DNA of 64,000 nt, taken from Candidatus Latescibacterota bacterium. Lineage in GTDB: Bacteria > Latescibacterota > UBA2968 > GCA-2709665. The translations under genes and the position numbers were made by a program. A model generated the notes under the pieces. It saw nothing but the letters and a program-made list of their open reading frames with translations, ran no database searches and had not been told where the DNA came from. Where the stretch lies: the NCBI GenBank assembly GCA_965205485.1, contig OZ242180.1:3744001-3808000 (forward strand). The letters run 5' to 3'. Every line of letters begins with the position of its first letter. The first letter of the stretch is position 1. Of the stretch, positions 28,833-37,775 are shown in pieces.

Positions 28833-29981
28833 GTGGCCATCATCGTAGATAGCGGGAGGCGCATTCCGTTCCTGAGAGGAATGCTGACCCACTACCTGCT
28901 GGAGCAGGGATTCTCCTTCCGGGAGGCATATCAGGTCGCGGACCGGGTCAGGAGTTCCATTCAGAAGCAGAAGAAGGTGCCCGCGGGCAGGATGATTGAC
29001 CTGGTACATACCCATGCGCGCGAGCTCTTCGCCGACCGTCCGGTGGGAGACGGCGTCTTCTGGGCGCCGAGGTCCAGGCAGATACTCGTGGAAGACGACC
29101 TGGGCACCCGGCCTTTTTCAAAAGACCATCTCTCCGACTCGCTGGCCATCACCGGCGTTGACGAAAGCCAGGCCTACCGGATCGCCGAGCGGATCGAGGG
29201 CGATTTCATCCAGAACAACCGGACGGTGGTCAACCGCGACGACATCCTGAAAGCGACGCTGAACATGCTCCGCATCGATTCGGGCGACGCGTTCGCGGAG
29301 CGGTACGGCATCTGGAACCGGTTTCGAAACGGCGGGCAGACGACGCCGCTGATCGTGCTGATCGGCGGGGGTACGGGCGTCGGCAAAACCACGGTGGGCG
29401 TGGCGCTCGCCAATCTGTTGCGGGTGTCGCGGGTCGCGTCGACCGACGAAATCCGGCAGGTGATGCGACTGATGATTTCATCCGATCTCATGCCTGAATT
29501 GCAGGTCTCGTCTTACGCGGCGTGGGAGGCGATCCCCGTGCCTGCCGACGAGGCGCCCGATCCCGTCATCTACGGGTTCCGTGAACAGGCGGCCCGCGTC
29601 TCCGTGGGCGTGCGGGCGACCATTGCTCGGGCGATCGACGAAAACGTCAGCCTGATCGTCGACGGCGTTCACCTGATGCCCGATCTGCTCGAACTGGATG
29701 CGTTCTCCGGAAAGGCGTTATTTATCCACTTGAATCTGTATCTTACTGATCTACAGCAATTTACGGATCGATTTGAAAGCCGGGGGAAGAACGCCGCCGG
29801 TCGCACGCGACACCGGTACGTCAAATCGCTGGAGCAGATCATGAAAATCCAGCAGCATATTCTGGATGTTGGCGACGGTGCCGGCGTGCCGTCGTTCGAG
29901 AATGCGGATCTGGACGAGACCGTGCAGTCAATCTCGCTTTTGATCATGGATACGCTCAGGAAGGGCTCGAAAGGCGGGTAG
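28833..29981 (+). CDS. 2-phosphoglycerate kinase-like P-loop kinase with ATP-cone-like N-terminus
   Basis: 'IPFLRGMLT', 'PFSKDHL', Walker A 'GGGTGVGKTT', 'STDEIRQVMR', 'SLIVDGVHLMP'; SD AGGAGG. Confidence 0.75.
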   Translation: MAIIVDSGRRIPFLRGMLTHYLLEQGFSFREAYQVADRVRSSIQKQKKVPAGRMIDLVHTHARELFADRPVGDGVFWAPRSRQILVEDDLGTRPFSKDHLSDSLAITGVDESQAYRIAERIEGDFIQNNRTVVNRDDILKATLNMLRIDSGDAFAERYGIWNRFRNGGQTTPLIVLIGGGTGVGKTTVGVALANLLRVSRVASTDEIRQVMRLMISSDLMPELQVSSYAAWEAIPVPADEAPDPVIYGFREQAARVSVGVRATIARAIDENVSLIVDGVHLMPDLLELDAFSGKALFIHLNLYLTDLQQFTDRFESRGKNAAGRTRHRYVKSLEQIMKIQQHILDVGDGAGVPSFENADLDETVQSISLLIMDTLRKGSKGG

Positions 29982-30057
29982 GGGAGACGACGGCCCGGGA
30001 AACGCGTCCTGGGTTGGAGATCATTTGGCAGTGCGCTATCGGATGGAGAATCGGGCA

Positions 30058-30879
30058 ATGATCGACACGCACGTTCATCTGGGACAACTCCTTTTCGACA
30101 ACCCGGGATTGACGCCGGCCAAACTCCTTCGGTGGATGGATCGGCAGGAAATCGAAAAGGCGGTGGTGATGGCGGTGGAGGTACCCGAGGAGCTGGACTT
30201 CTTCGTGACGACGAAGGAGCTGCTAAGAATGACGCGCCCGCACCGCGACCGGCTGAAGCCCCTTTGCGCCGTGGACCCCCGTCACCGGTATCCCGGCCGG
30301 TTCCAGCCGTACCCGATCATCGCGAGTTACATGGACCAGGGTTGTGTGGGGTACGGGGAGAACCTGTGCGGTCTGCCGGTGGACGATCCGATGCAGGAAC
30401 GGGTGTACGAGGCGTGCGACCGGTTGAATATCGCCATCGTGATGCACTTCGACTCGTGGATTAACCGTGACAAGCCGGGGCTCACCGGGTTTGAACGCAT
30501 GCTGAAGACTTACCGGAACGTGAAATTCATCGGGCATTCGCCACATTTCTGGCGTGAGATTTCCGGCGACGTGGACGCCTCGGAGGGATATCCCGAAGGA
30601 AGGGTGACGCCCGGAGGCAGGGTCGAAGCACTGTTTCGAAAGTACCGGAATCTTTACGCGGACCTTTCCGCGGGCTCCGGGTACGGGGCCATCACTCGGG
30701 ACCTGGAGTTCGGTCTGAAATTCCTGAAACGTTGGAAACACCGGTTGATGTTCGCCACCGACTACCTGCGGGTGGGGCAGGAAACGCCGATTGTCGAATA
30801 TATCAAAGATGCGCCGCTGTCGAAGGACGCGTTCGATCTCATCACACGGAAGAATGCCGAGAAGGTCTTCCGGATCTGA
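30058..30879 (+). CDS. Amidohydrolase_2 family metallohydrolase, paralog 1
   Basis: 'IDTHVH', 'IVMH', 'IGH', 'YADLSA', 'MFATD'. Confidence 0.85.
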   Translation: MIDTHVHLGQLLFDNPGLTPAKLLRWMDRQEIEKAVVMAVEVPEELDFFVTTKELLRMTRPHRDRLKPLCAVDPRHRYPGRFQPYPIIASYMDQGCVGYGENLCGLPVDDPMQERVYEACDRLNIAIVMHFDSWINRDKPGLTGFERMLKTYRNVKFIGHSPHFWREISGDVDASEGYPEGRVTPGGRVEALFRKYRNLYADLSAGSGYGAITRDLEFGLKFLKRWKHRLMFATDYLRVGQETPIVEYIKDAPLSKDAFDLITRKNAEKVFRI

Positions 30880-30944
30880 CAGGCCGCCGGGATCAACAAG
30901 AGCGCCTTGAAAGAGACCATTCGGTGCATGCAAGGGATCAGAAA

Positions 30945-31793
30945 ATGATCGACACACACCTGCATCTGGGACAACTCGTGCTGGAAGACCCGGGCCTCAC
31001 CCCCGCCAGATTGTTGCGCTGGATGGATCGCCATGGGATTGAAAAGGGCATCGTCATGGCGGTGGAGGTGCCCGAGGAACTCGACTTTTACTTGACAACG
31101 AAAGAGCTGCTGAGGCTCACCCGACCTCACCGGGACCGCCTGCTGCCGCTTTGCGCCGTGGATCCAAGACACCGATACCCGGGGAGGTTCCAGCCGTACC
31201 CGATCCTTGAGTATTATATGGACCAGGGATGCGTGGGATACGGCGAGAACCTGTGTGGTCTCCCCGTGGACGATCCGATGCAACAGCGCGTTTACGAGGC
31301 CTGCGACCGGCTGGGGCTGGCAATCGTAATGCATATCGACCACTGGATCAACCGGGACGATACCGGATTGCCGGGCTTCGAGCGTATGGTGAAGACCTAC
31401 AGGAACGTAAAGTGGGTGGGCCACGCCCAATACTTCTGGCGGGAAATCTCGGGGGAGGTCGGACAGGGAGAGCGCTATCCGGAGGGACCGGTGGCGCCCG
31501 GCGGACGTCTGGATACGTTGTTCCGGAAATATTCGAACCTGTATGCCGACCTCTCGGCGCAGTCGGGTTACAACGCCATCACACGGGACCCGGCGTTTGG
31601 ACTTAGCTTCGTTAAGCGATGGAAGCATCGGCTGATGTTCGCCACGGACACCATCCACACGCGGCCGTCGCCGGCGTGTTCTATCGTAGGGGTCCCGCCG
31701 ATGCTGGACTATATCCGGAACGCCGATCTTTCAAAGGATGCCCTTGAACGCATCACGACCGGGAACGCGGAAAGGGTGTTCCGGATTTCGTAG
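30945..31793 (+). CDS. Amidohydrolase_2 family metallohydrolase, paralog 2
   Basis: Same motifs; highly similar tandem copy of 30058-30879. Confidence 0.85.
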   Translation: MIDTHLHLGQLVLEDPGLTPARLLRWMDRHGIEKGIVMAVEVPEELDFYLTTKELLRLTRPHRDRLLPLCAVDPRHRYPGRFQPYPILEYYMDQGCVGYGENLCGLPVDDPMQQRVYEACDRLGLAIVMHIDHWINRDDTGLPGFERMVKTYRNVKWVGHAQYFWREISGEVGQGERYPEGPVAPGGRLDTLFRKYSNLYADLSAQSGYNAITRDPAFGLSFVKRWKHRLMFATDTIHTRPSPACSIVGVPPMLDYIRNADLSKDALERITTGNAERVFRIS

Positions 31794-31818
31794 GGCGACT
31801 CGATGGATAAGGTTTGAC

Positions 31819-33084
31819 ATGGATTTTCCGCGGATGTTTCCGCTGCGCCAGACGTTTGACGCGGAGAGTCTGGACGACCCCGTTGAACAGACGCGGCGGT
31901 GTGTCCTGAACTCATCGCTGGGCGCGCGCGTTTCCGGCGGTGCACGGGTTGCGATTACGGCCGGCAGCAGGGGCATTCATCGGATCGCACAGTTGACGCG
32001 GGCGGTCGTGGACTGCGTCCATGAACTGGGGGGCGTTCCTTTCGTTCTCGCGTCGATGGGCAGTCACGGCGGGGCCACGTCCAGCGGACAGAAAGCGATT
32101 CTCGCCTCGTACGGCATTGACGAATCCACGATGGGAGCACCGGTCGACGCCACGATGGACGTGGTACAGGTCGGGGAAACGGACGACGGCGTTCCGGTTG
32201 TAGTGAACCGATTGGCAAGAGAGGCCGATGCGGTGGTGCTGGTGAACCGGGTCAAGCCCCACACGTCGTTTCGCGGACCGTTCGAGAGCGGGCTGATGAA
32301 GATGATGACGATCGGGCTGGGGTCGCACCGGGGGGCCACGCTCGCGCATTCGATGGGTGCGGCGGGATTGCCCCGGATGATACCGGCGTGGGGCCGCATC
32401 ATACTCCGGGAGGCCCCCATCGCGCTCGGCGTGGCGATTCTGGAAAACGCTTACGAGCAGACGGCAAGAGTGGTTGCCGTGGAGCCGGACAAGTTGACGG
32501 CGGTCGAGCCGGAGTTGCTGGATGAGGCCCGGGTACTGATGCCCCGGATACCCGTGGAACGGATCGACGTCCTGATCGTGGACCGGATCGGCAAGAATAT
32601 CAGCGGTACGGGAATGGACCCCAACATCATCGGACGGATATGGCTGGAGGGCGTCGAGGAGCCGGATTCACCGCGTATCGAACGCATCGTCGTGCTGGAC
32701 CTGACACCCGAGACGCACGGCAACGCCAATGGAATCGGGCTGGCCGACGTGACCACCCGCCGCCTTGTGGACGATATCGACTTCAAGGCGACGTATGCCA
32801 ACGCAATGACCAGCACGTTCCTGAACCGCGCGTACATACCCATCGTTGGCGAAAACGACAGGGAGGCGATTGAGATCGCGCTTGGCGCGTCGGGCAACGG
32901 AGGGAACCCTGATGCGAGAGTGATGCGGATACGCTCAACGCTGGAGCTGGAACACCTCCGGGCGTCAGAGTCGCTGCTCCCGGAGCTCTCCGGGATGCCG
33001 GAGGTAGAGGTATCGGGCGAACCGGAAGAGATGGATTTCGACGGCGAGGGCAACCTGGGGACGTCCGGAACGCGGTCCGGGTGA
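31819..33084 (+). CDS. LarA-N/DUF362-like (lactate racemase domain) protein
   Basis: 'AITAGSRGI', 'MGSHGGAT', 'NRVKPHT', 'ESGLMKMMTIGLG', 'GKNISGTGMD'. Confidence 0.75.
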   Translation: MDFPRMFPLRQTFDAESLDDPVEQTRRCVLNSSLGARVSGGARVAITAGSRGIHRIAQLTRAVVDCVHELGGVPFVLASMGSHGGATSSGQKAILASYGIDESTMGAPVDATMDVVQVGETDDGVPVVVNRLAREADAVVLVNRVKPHTSFRGPFESGLMKMMTIGLGSHRGATLAHSMGAAGLPRMIPAWGRIILREAPIALGVAILENAYEQTARVVAVEPDKLTAVEPELLDEARVLMPRIPVERIDVLIVDRIGKNISGTGMDPNIIGRIWLEGVEEPDSPRIERIVVLDLTPETHGNANGIGLADVTTRRLVDDIDFKATYANAMTSTFLNRAYIPIVGENDREAIEIALGASGNGGNPDARVMRIRSTLELEHLRASESLLPELSGMPEVEVSGEPEEMDFDGEGNLGTSGTRSG

Positions 33085-33148
33085 CGACCGGCTACGGGCG
33101 GACGCGATAGTGCGGAACGTTCAACCCTTACCGAGGTAAGGGAATCGG

Positions 33149-33175
33149 AAGGGGGTGCTAAAGCACCCCCTTTTT
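33149..33175. terminator. Hairpin terminator between convergent genes
   Basis: AAGGGGGTGC-TAAA-GCACCCCCTT followed by Ts; smaller hairpin CCCTTAC-CGAG-GTAAGGG at 33125-33142. Confidence 0.7.
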
Positions 33176-34108
33176 CTTGAGCAGACGTCGGACCCTGGCT
33201 CGGTCTCTTGCCGCGAGGATACGGCGGGCGGGGGTCGCGGCCGTTTGGGGCTGCGCCTCGCCCCGCATGGGGCCGCCCGCCAGGCCCATCATTTCCAGGC
33301 CGGCCTTGAGCATGGGCGTGCCGAGTTCGCTCCGGAGGGACGTCAGGGGTTCGAACCAGTCCCGGAGGTCCATCGCCGTCTTCCATCGACGCCGCATTCC
33401 GGCATTGTGCATTTCGATGGACTTCGGCAGGGTAAGGTTGGCCATTCCCGTCGTGAATCCGCTGGCGCCCGCGAGGTAGTAATAGGGCGCCATGTTCTCG
33501 CCGCCTCCCGTGATAATGGGAACGCGGTGATCCACGGCCCTGCAGCCGGTGCGTACCCAGTCGACGGCATTGCTCTCCTCCTTGATGGCGACGACCTTCT
33601 CGAGTCCGGCAAAGCGCTTCACGAGGTTGATCGAGAGGAGTTGCCGCGGCGCCCGGAACGGGATGACTCCGATATCCACCGCTTTCGCGATGGCCTGGTG
33701 GTGCCGCCAGATCGCCGCCTCGCCGCGGGCGACGACCGGGTCGTGAGGCATCACAAGCAGGGCGTCGCAGCCGGCGGCCTGTGCGTTCTCCGCCATCTTC
33801 ACGGCTGTTCCCGTGCTCCATCCGATCCCGCATACGATCCTGCACGACCTCCGGACGCCCGCAACCGCCGCCGCGGCCAGGTCTTTGACTTCGGATGTCG
33901 AGAGGTCGTAGAATTCCCCGGATCCGCCGCAGATCACCAGGGTCTTCCGTCCCCTGACCCCCGCAAAATAACGCGCGTTTTTCTCCAGGCCCGCTGCATC
34001 GATCCGGTATGCGCCCTTCCGGTTCAGGGCGGTCTTCATCGGCGTCATCACAAAGACGTAGACCCCTTGCGCGTCCGTCGACCTTCGCCTTGTTGCGCTA
34101 TGGTCCAT
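33158..34108 (-). CDS. DHDPS/NAL family lyase (5-dehydro-4-deoxyglucarate dehydratase-like)
   Basis: 'GGSGEF', Schiff-base lysine in 'VAIKE', 'GASGFTTG'. Confidence 0.8.
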   Translation of the reverse strand: MDHSATRRRSTDAQGVYVFVMTPMKTALNRKGAYRIDAAGLEKNARYFAGVRGRKTLVICGGSGEFYDLSTSEVKDLAAAAVAGVRRSCRIVCGIGWSTGTAVKMAENAQAAGCDALLVMPHDPVVARGEAAIWRHHQAIAKAVDIGVIPFRAPRQLLSINLVKRFAGLEKVVAIKEESNAVDWVRTGCRAVDHRVPIITGGGENMAPYYYLAGASGFTTGMANLTLPKSIEMHNAGMRRRWKTAMDLRDWFEPLTSLRSELGTPMLKAGLEMMGLAGGPMRGEAQPQTAATPARRILAARDRARVRRLLKKKGVL

Positions 34109-34159
34109 AGCTGAGTTTCTCCGGCGCGAGTACGAGGTCTCTACACATTCGTGCGTCGG

Positions 34160-34927
34160 CTACGCCGTATGCGGATCGAACGCGGCCGCGATGTTCTGCA
34201 TGCCGGCCGCAACAAGGCCGCCGTCCGATCCGAGCGCAATAAAGGTGAATCCGTCACGTACCGCGGCGTCGAGATGACCGGGGTCCAGCAGAAGGATTCC
34301 TGCGGCTTTACCCGCCCGCCTGGCGGCTTCGGAAACCCTTGCCCTGGCATCCAGAAAGCGGGGATGGTCGAATTGCTGCGGAATCCCCAGGTTGACGCTG
34401 AGGTCCAGGGGGCCGATGAACAAAACGTCCACGCCGTCTACAGCGGCGATCCCGTCAATGGCGTTCACGGCTTCCGGGGTTTCAATCTGCACGACGGTTG
34501 TCAGCAACTCGTGCGACGAACTGAAATAGTCATCGAAATCCCGTCCGAACTCGCTGCCCCGGTTCAACTTGGCAACGCCCCGAATACCCCTCGGCGGATA
34601 GCGGCTCGAAGCCACCGCCCGCTCGGCCTCGGCCGCCGTACTCACGTAGGGCACCATCACACCCGAAGCGCCCATATCCAGGACGCGTTTGAACCGGGGG
34701 GGTTCGTTGGCCGCGATTCGCACGATGGGCACGGCGGGCGTACCCGAGACCACCTGAAGCTGGACACGAAGCGTTTCCAGGTCCGACGCGCCGTGTTCGA
34801 TGTCGATCAGGACCCAGTCCAGACCGCTCTTCCCGGCGATTTCGGCCGTGACGGCGGATCCCAGGTTCAGGAATGTCCCGGCCACGACTTCGCGCTCGAG
34901 CGCGCGCCGGCGTATACTCTTTACCAT
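34160..34927 (-). CDS. HpcH/HpaI aldolase
   Basis: 'IDIEHG', 'LDMGASGVMVP', 'YPPRGIRG', 'QIET', 'FIGPLDLS'. Confidence 0.92.
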   Translation of the reverse strand: MVKSIRRRALEREVVAGTFLNLGSAVTAEIAGKSGLDWVLIDIEHGASDLETLRVQLQVVSGTPAVPIVRIAANEPPRFKRVLDMGASGVMVPYVSTAAEAERAVASSRYPPRGIRGVAKLNRGSEFGRDFDDYFSSSHELLTTVVQIETPEAVNAIDGIAAVDGVDVLFIGPLDLSVNLGIPQQFDHPRFLDARARVSEAARRAGKAAGILLLDPGHLDAAVRDGFTFIALGSDGGLVAAGMQNIAAAFDPHTA

Positions 34928-34982
34928 GGCGGAGCCTTTCTGCAGGGTGCTGTGGATCCCCGGGCGCGGCGTACGGGCGCGA

Positions 34983-35228
34983 TTATGTATCGTCGCAGTC
35001 GGGGCGGTCCGGGTCCTCGATGACGACGCCGTCGCGGAGGTATTCCAACGCCTTGGTGTAGCTTCTGTTTTGCAGGAAATGATCCAGTTGCCGGGACGTG
35101 AAGGGGGCAAGTTTACGGTGGAGCGTGGCCAGATGGTGCAGGTGGTCGGCGATCGGTTCCCTTTTTGCAATGGCGTCCATCAGCGCTTCCAATGCGTTCT
35201 TGAGCGATTCAGCCTGTGCCGACGTCAC
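34983..35228 (-). CDS. Small hypothetical protein
   Basis: SD AAGGAGGT; 'LDHFLQNRSYTKALEYL'. Confidence 0.65.
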   Translation of the reverse strand: MTSAQAESLKNALEALMDAIAKREPIADHLHHLATLHRKLAPFTSRQLDHFLQNRSYTKALEYLRDGVVIEDPDRPDCDDT

Positions 35229-35331
35229 AATGACCTCCTTCAGGATCCTGTTTACGGCCGGTTCGGTCCGGTGTTCGTCCCGGAACTGGATTGACGTGTT
35301 TCGGCCGACGAGCAGCCCGGCGGGAAACCGC

Positions 35332-36105
35332 CTATCTTAAATACGCCTCCGGCCTTCCCCCAACCTCCTCGACCAGCGCGTCCACATAGGTCCGGATGGG
35401 GAAGAGCCGGGACTCGGAGTCCCCGACCGTGCCCCGCCGGATGCGGCCGTTCGCTTCCCAGAAAGCGCCGAGCTTCGTCCGGTCGATCCACGGATATTTC
35501 GCATCCGGGTCGTTTTCCCGGCGCCGGTACCAACAGATGACTTCAACGAGGTGAATGTAGGTGGAGGTTTCGTACGTCACGCCCAGCATGAGCACCTTGC
35601 CGCCGGCCGCGTACGCGCGGATCATGGGTGAATTGTCGCCGTAGGTCTTGCCCCACGGGTCGCGGTCCCACGGAGACGAACGCCCGATTCTGTCGCGATG
35701 GCCGGCAACAAACGCCCGTGCGTTTGAGCCGCGGGCGGCGACGGAATGGGAATAGTGGTCGGAGCGGTACGTTCCGGGCAGCGTGCGGAAGAATTCGGTG
35801 AGCCAACCCACCGTCGAGGGGGTCGTATTCGGGTTCCAGAGCTCGGCGCGTAACCGGCTGTCCTCCAGGAGATTGAATGAAGGCATCAGGATGAGGCCGC
35901 CGGGATCGGTCACGTCCTCGAGGGCTTTCACGACCGTAAATGCGCCGCCTTCAACCCTTCCGAGGCTCTTGAACGACGAGTGAATGAAGAGCGTATCGCC
36001 GGGTTCCACGCCAAGCGCTCTCAGGTCCCGGCCGAGGGAATCGAGCGTATGTGTCCGGGGAACGGCGACTTCCCCGGCCGACGTCAGTTCGCTGACTGTT
36101 CCCAT
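35332..36105 (-). CDS. AAC(3)/YokD (Antibiotic_NAT) family N-acetyltransferase
   Basis: 'LFIHSSFKSLG', 'LMPSF', 'RSDHYSHS', 'VLMLGV...TYIHLVE'. Confidence 0.85.
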   Translation of the reverse strand: MGTVSELTSAGEVAVPRTHTLDSLGRDLRALGVEPGDTLFIHSSFKSLGRVEGGAFTVVKALEDVTDPGGLILMPSFNLLEDSRLRAELWNPNTTPSTVGWLTEFFRTLPGTYRSDHYSHSVAARGSNARAFVAGHRDRIGRSSPWDRDPWGKTYGDNSPMIRAYAAGGKVLMLGVTYETSTYIHLVEVICWYRRRENDPDAKYPWIDRTKLGAFWEANGRIRRGTVGDSESRLFPIRTYVDALVEEVGGRPEAYLR

Positions 36106-36396
36106 ACTCTGTAAATGATCCTACCGGGCCGCTTCGCCCAGGGAGAATTCGGGGGATGAAAAAAGGTTCAGGCACGGGTTCCAATTCTGCAGGCGGCGTC
36201 GACCGGACGTATCTCCACGGGCGGGTCGGCGGTCATGGTTGTTTCCCTGTTTGCTGTTCTGTCGATCTCAACTCGGCGGTCGCCGATGAAGCTACGTTGA
36301 GTCATGCGCATTGTCAAACGGAATTCAGTGTAGACGAACCGCATTCCGATGGCCCAACACGTCTTCGCCTGGAGAGTCGTCCACGACATTGCGGTG

Positions 36397-37683
36397 TCAG
36401 GACCGTGGCGGCTTCGGGTCTTCACCTCGCAGGAGACGTTTGACGTAGGGGGGGAGGGCAAACGCAGCCCTGTGAATTTCGTCGTTGTAGTATTGCAGGC
36501 CGTGGGCATCCGCAAAGCGGCGGGCCCTCGCCGGACTGAGGGCATTCTGCGGGTCCGCGCCCTGTGTTGCGGCATATGAAAAGCTGACCAGTCCGGTCGT
36601 ATACGTGGGGATGCAGGCCAGGTAGCAGTGCACGTTTCCCGGGCCGAAGACCGACTCCTGGCGTCTGTAGATTTCGGAGAAAGTCCGGCTGTCGAGCGCG
36701 GGCGGTTCAGTTTGCGCGACCATGACGCCCCCGGGCCTGAGGCATTCCCGGACCCGCGTGTAGAAAGGTCCCGAGAACAGTCTTCGGGGTCCGCTGGATG
36801 GATTGGCGATGTCGACGATCGCGAGGTCGAGGGATTCGGCGGGAAAGGTCTGCAGAAAGTCGAACCCGTCCGCAACGTGAAGCGAGAGTCTGGTGTCTTC
36901 GAAAGCAGGCGCAAGGGCCGGGAAGTGTTGTCTGCATGCGCTGACAACCATGGCGTCGAGTTCGACGACGACGACCTCCTCGATCCGCTTGTAGCGTAAC
37001 AATTCGCGCAGGGCTCCGCCGTCGCCGCCGCCCACGATCAGGGCCCGCTTCGCGTCGGGGAGGGTCTGCATGGGTACATGGACGATCATCTCATGGTAGA
37101 TGTGCTCGTCACGTTCCGTACATACGATCGACCCGTCGATCACCAGCGTCTTTCCGTACCCGTAGCTGTCCAGGACTTCGATCTTCTGATGGGGGGATTG
37201 ATGCCGGAAGAGCGCGCCGGCATGCCTGAGCGAGAGGGCGATCCCTTCCTCCCGTCTCGTAAACCAGAGATTGCGGATGTGTGCCGGAGGCGTCTCCCCG
37301 GCTGCCATCGCCGGCGCGGCGCCGGTCTGTGCCGGAATGTCGAGTTGACCGCGCTCCATCTCCCGGGTGGTGCCGTGAGCGGCTTTCAGGTCCGACTTCA
37401 GCGCTTCATACGCCGGCCACGGGTCGATCGAGTCTCCGCAGGTAAACAGATCGACGGCGGCGAAACCGTACTCCGGCCAGGTGTGGATGGAGAGGTGACT
37501 CTCGTGGATGACAACGACCCCGGAGACGCCGTATGGCGAGAAACGATGGAAGGAGGTGTTGATAACGGTGGCGTTCGCCGCTCGAGCCGCGTTGACCATA
37601 CACGCTTCAATGCGGATGACGTCGTTCAGTTCGGATGCTGGGGACCCATAGAGCTCAACCAGAATGTGTCTGCCGAGAGGCAC
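36397..37683 (-). CDS. speE: S-adenosylmethionine decarboxylase (class 1B)-spermidine synthase fusion (SpeD/SpeH-SpeE)
   Basis: N-terminal 'GRHILVE...[12 protein letters not shown]...DLFTCG' (pyruvoyl site); C-terminal 'YHEMIVH', 'IVGGGDGG', 'VELD', 'YYNDEIH'. Confidence 0.9.
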   Translation of the reverse strand: MPLGRHILVELYGSPASELNDVIRIEACMVNAARAANATVINTSFHRFSPYGVSGVVVIHESHLSIHTWPEYGFAAVDLFTCGDSIDPWPAYEALKSDLKAAHGTTREMERGQLDIPAQTGAAPAMAAGETPPAHIRNLWFTRREEGIALSLRHAGALFRHQSPHQKIEVLDSYGYGKTLVIDGSIVCTERDEHIYHEMIVHVPMQTLPDAKRALIVGGGDGGALRELLRYKRIEEVVVVELDAMVVSACRQHFPALAPAFEDTRLSLHVADGFDFLQTFPAESLDLAIVDIANPSSGPRRLFSGPFYTRVRECLRPGGVMVAQTEPPALDSRTFSEIYRRQESVFGPGNVHCYLACIPTYTTGLVSFSYAATQGADPQNALSPARARRFADAHGLQYYNDEIHRAAFALPPYVKRLLRGEDPKPPRS

Positions 37684-37775
37684 AGCTTACGGTTTCCACA
37701 GCGGGCGAGGGTGTCGACACGCCGGGCGGGGCGGCGGGGCGGCGGGTGGGCGTGGAAGGAGGGACCGGAGCGGCA

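Noticed and set aside
35332..36105. Acquired aminoglycoside resistance gene
   Set aside because: Host-like GC, no mobile context, and the Antibiotic_NAT/YokD family has many non-resistance members
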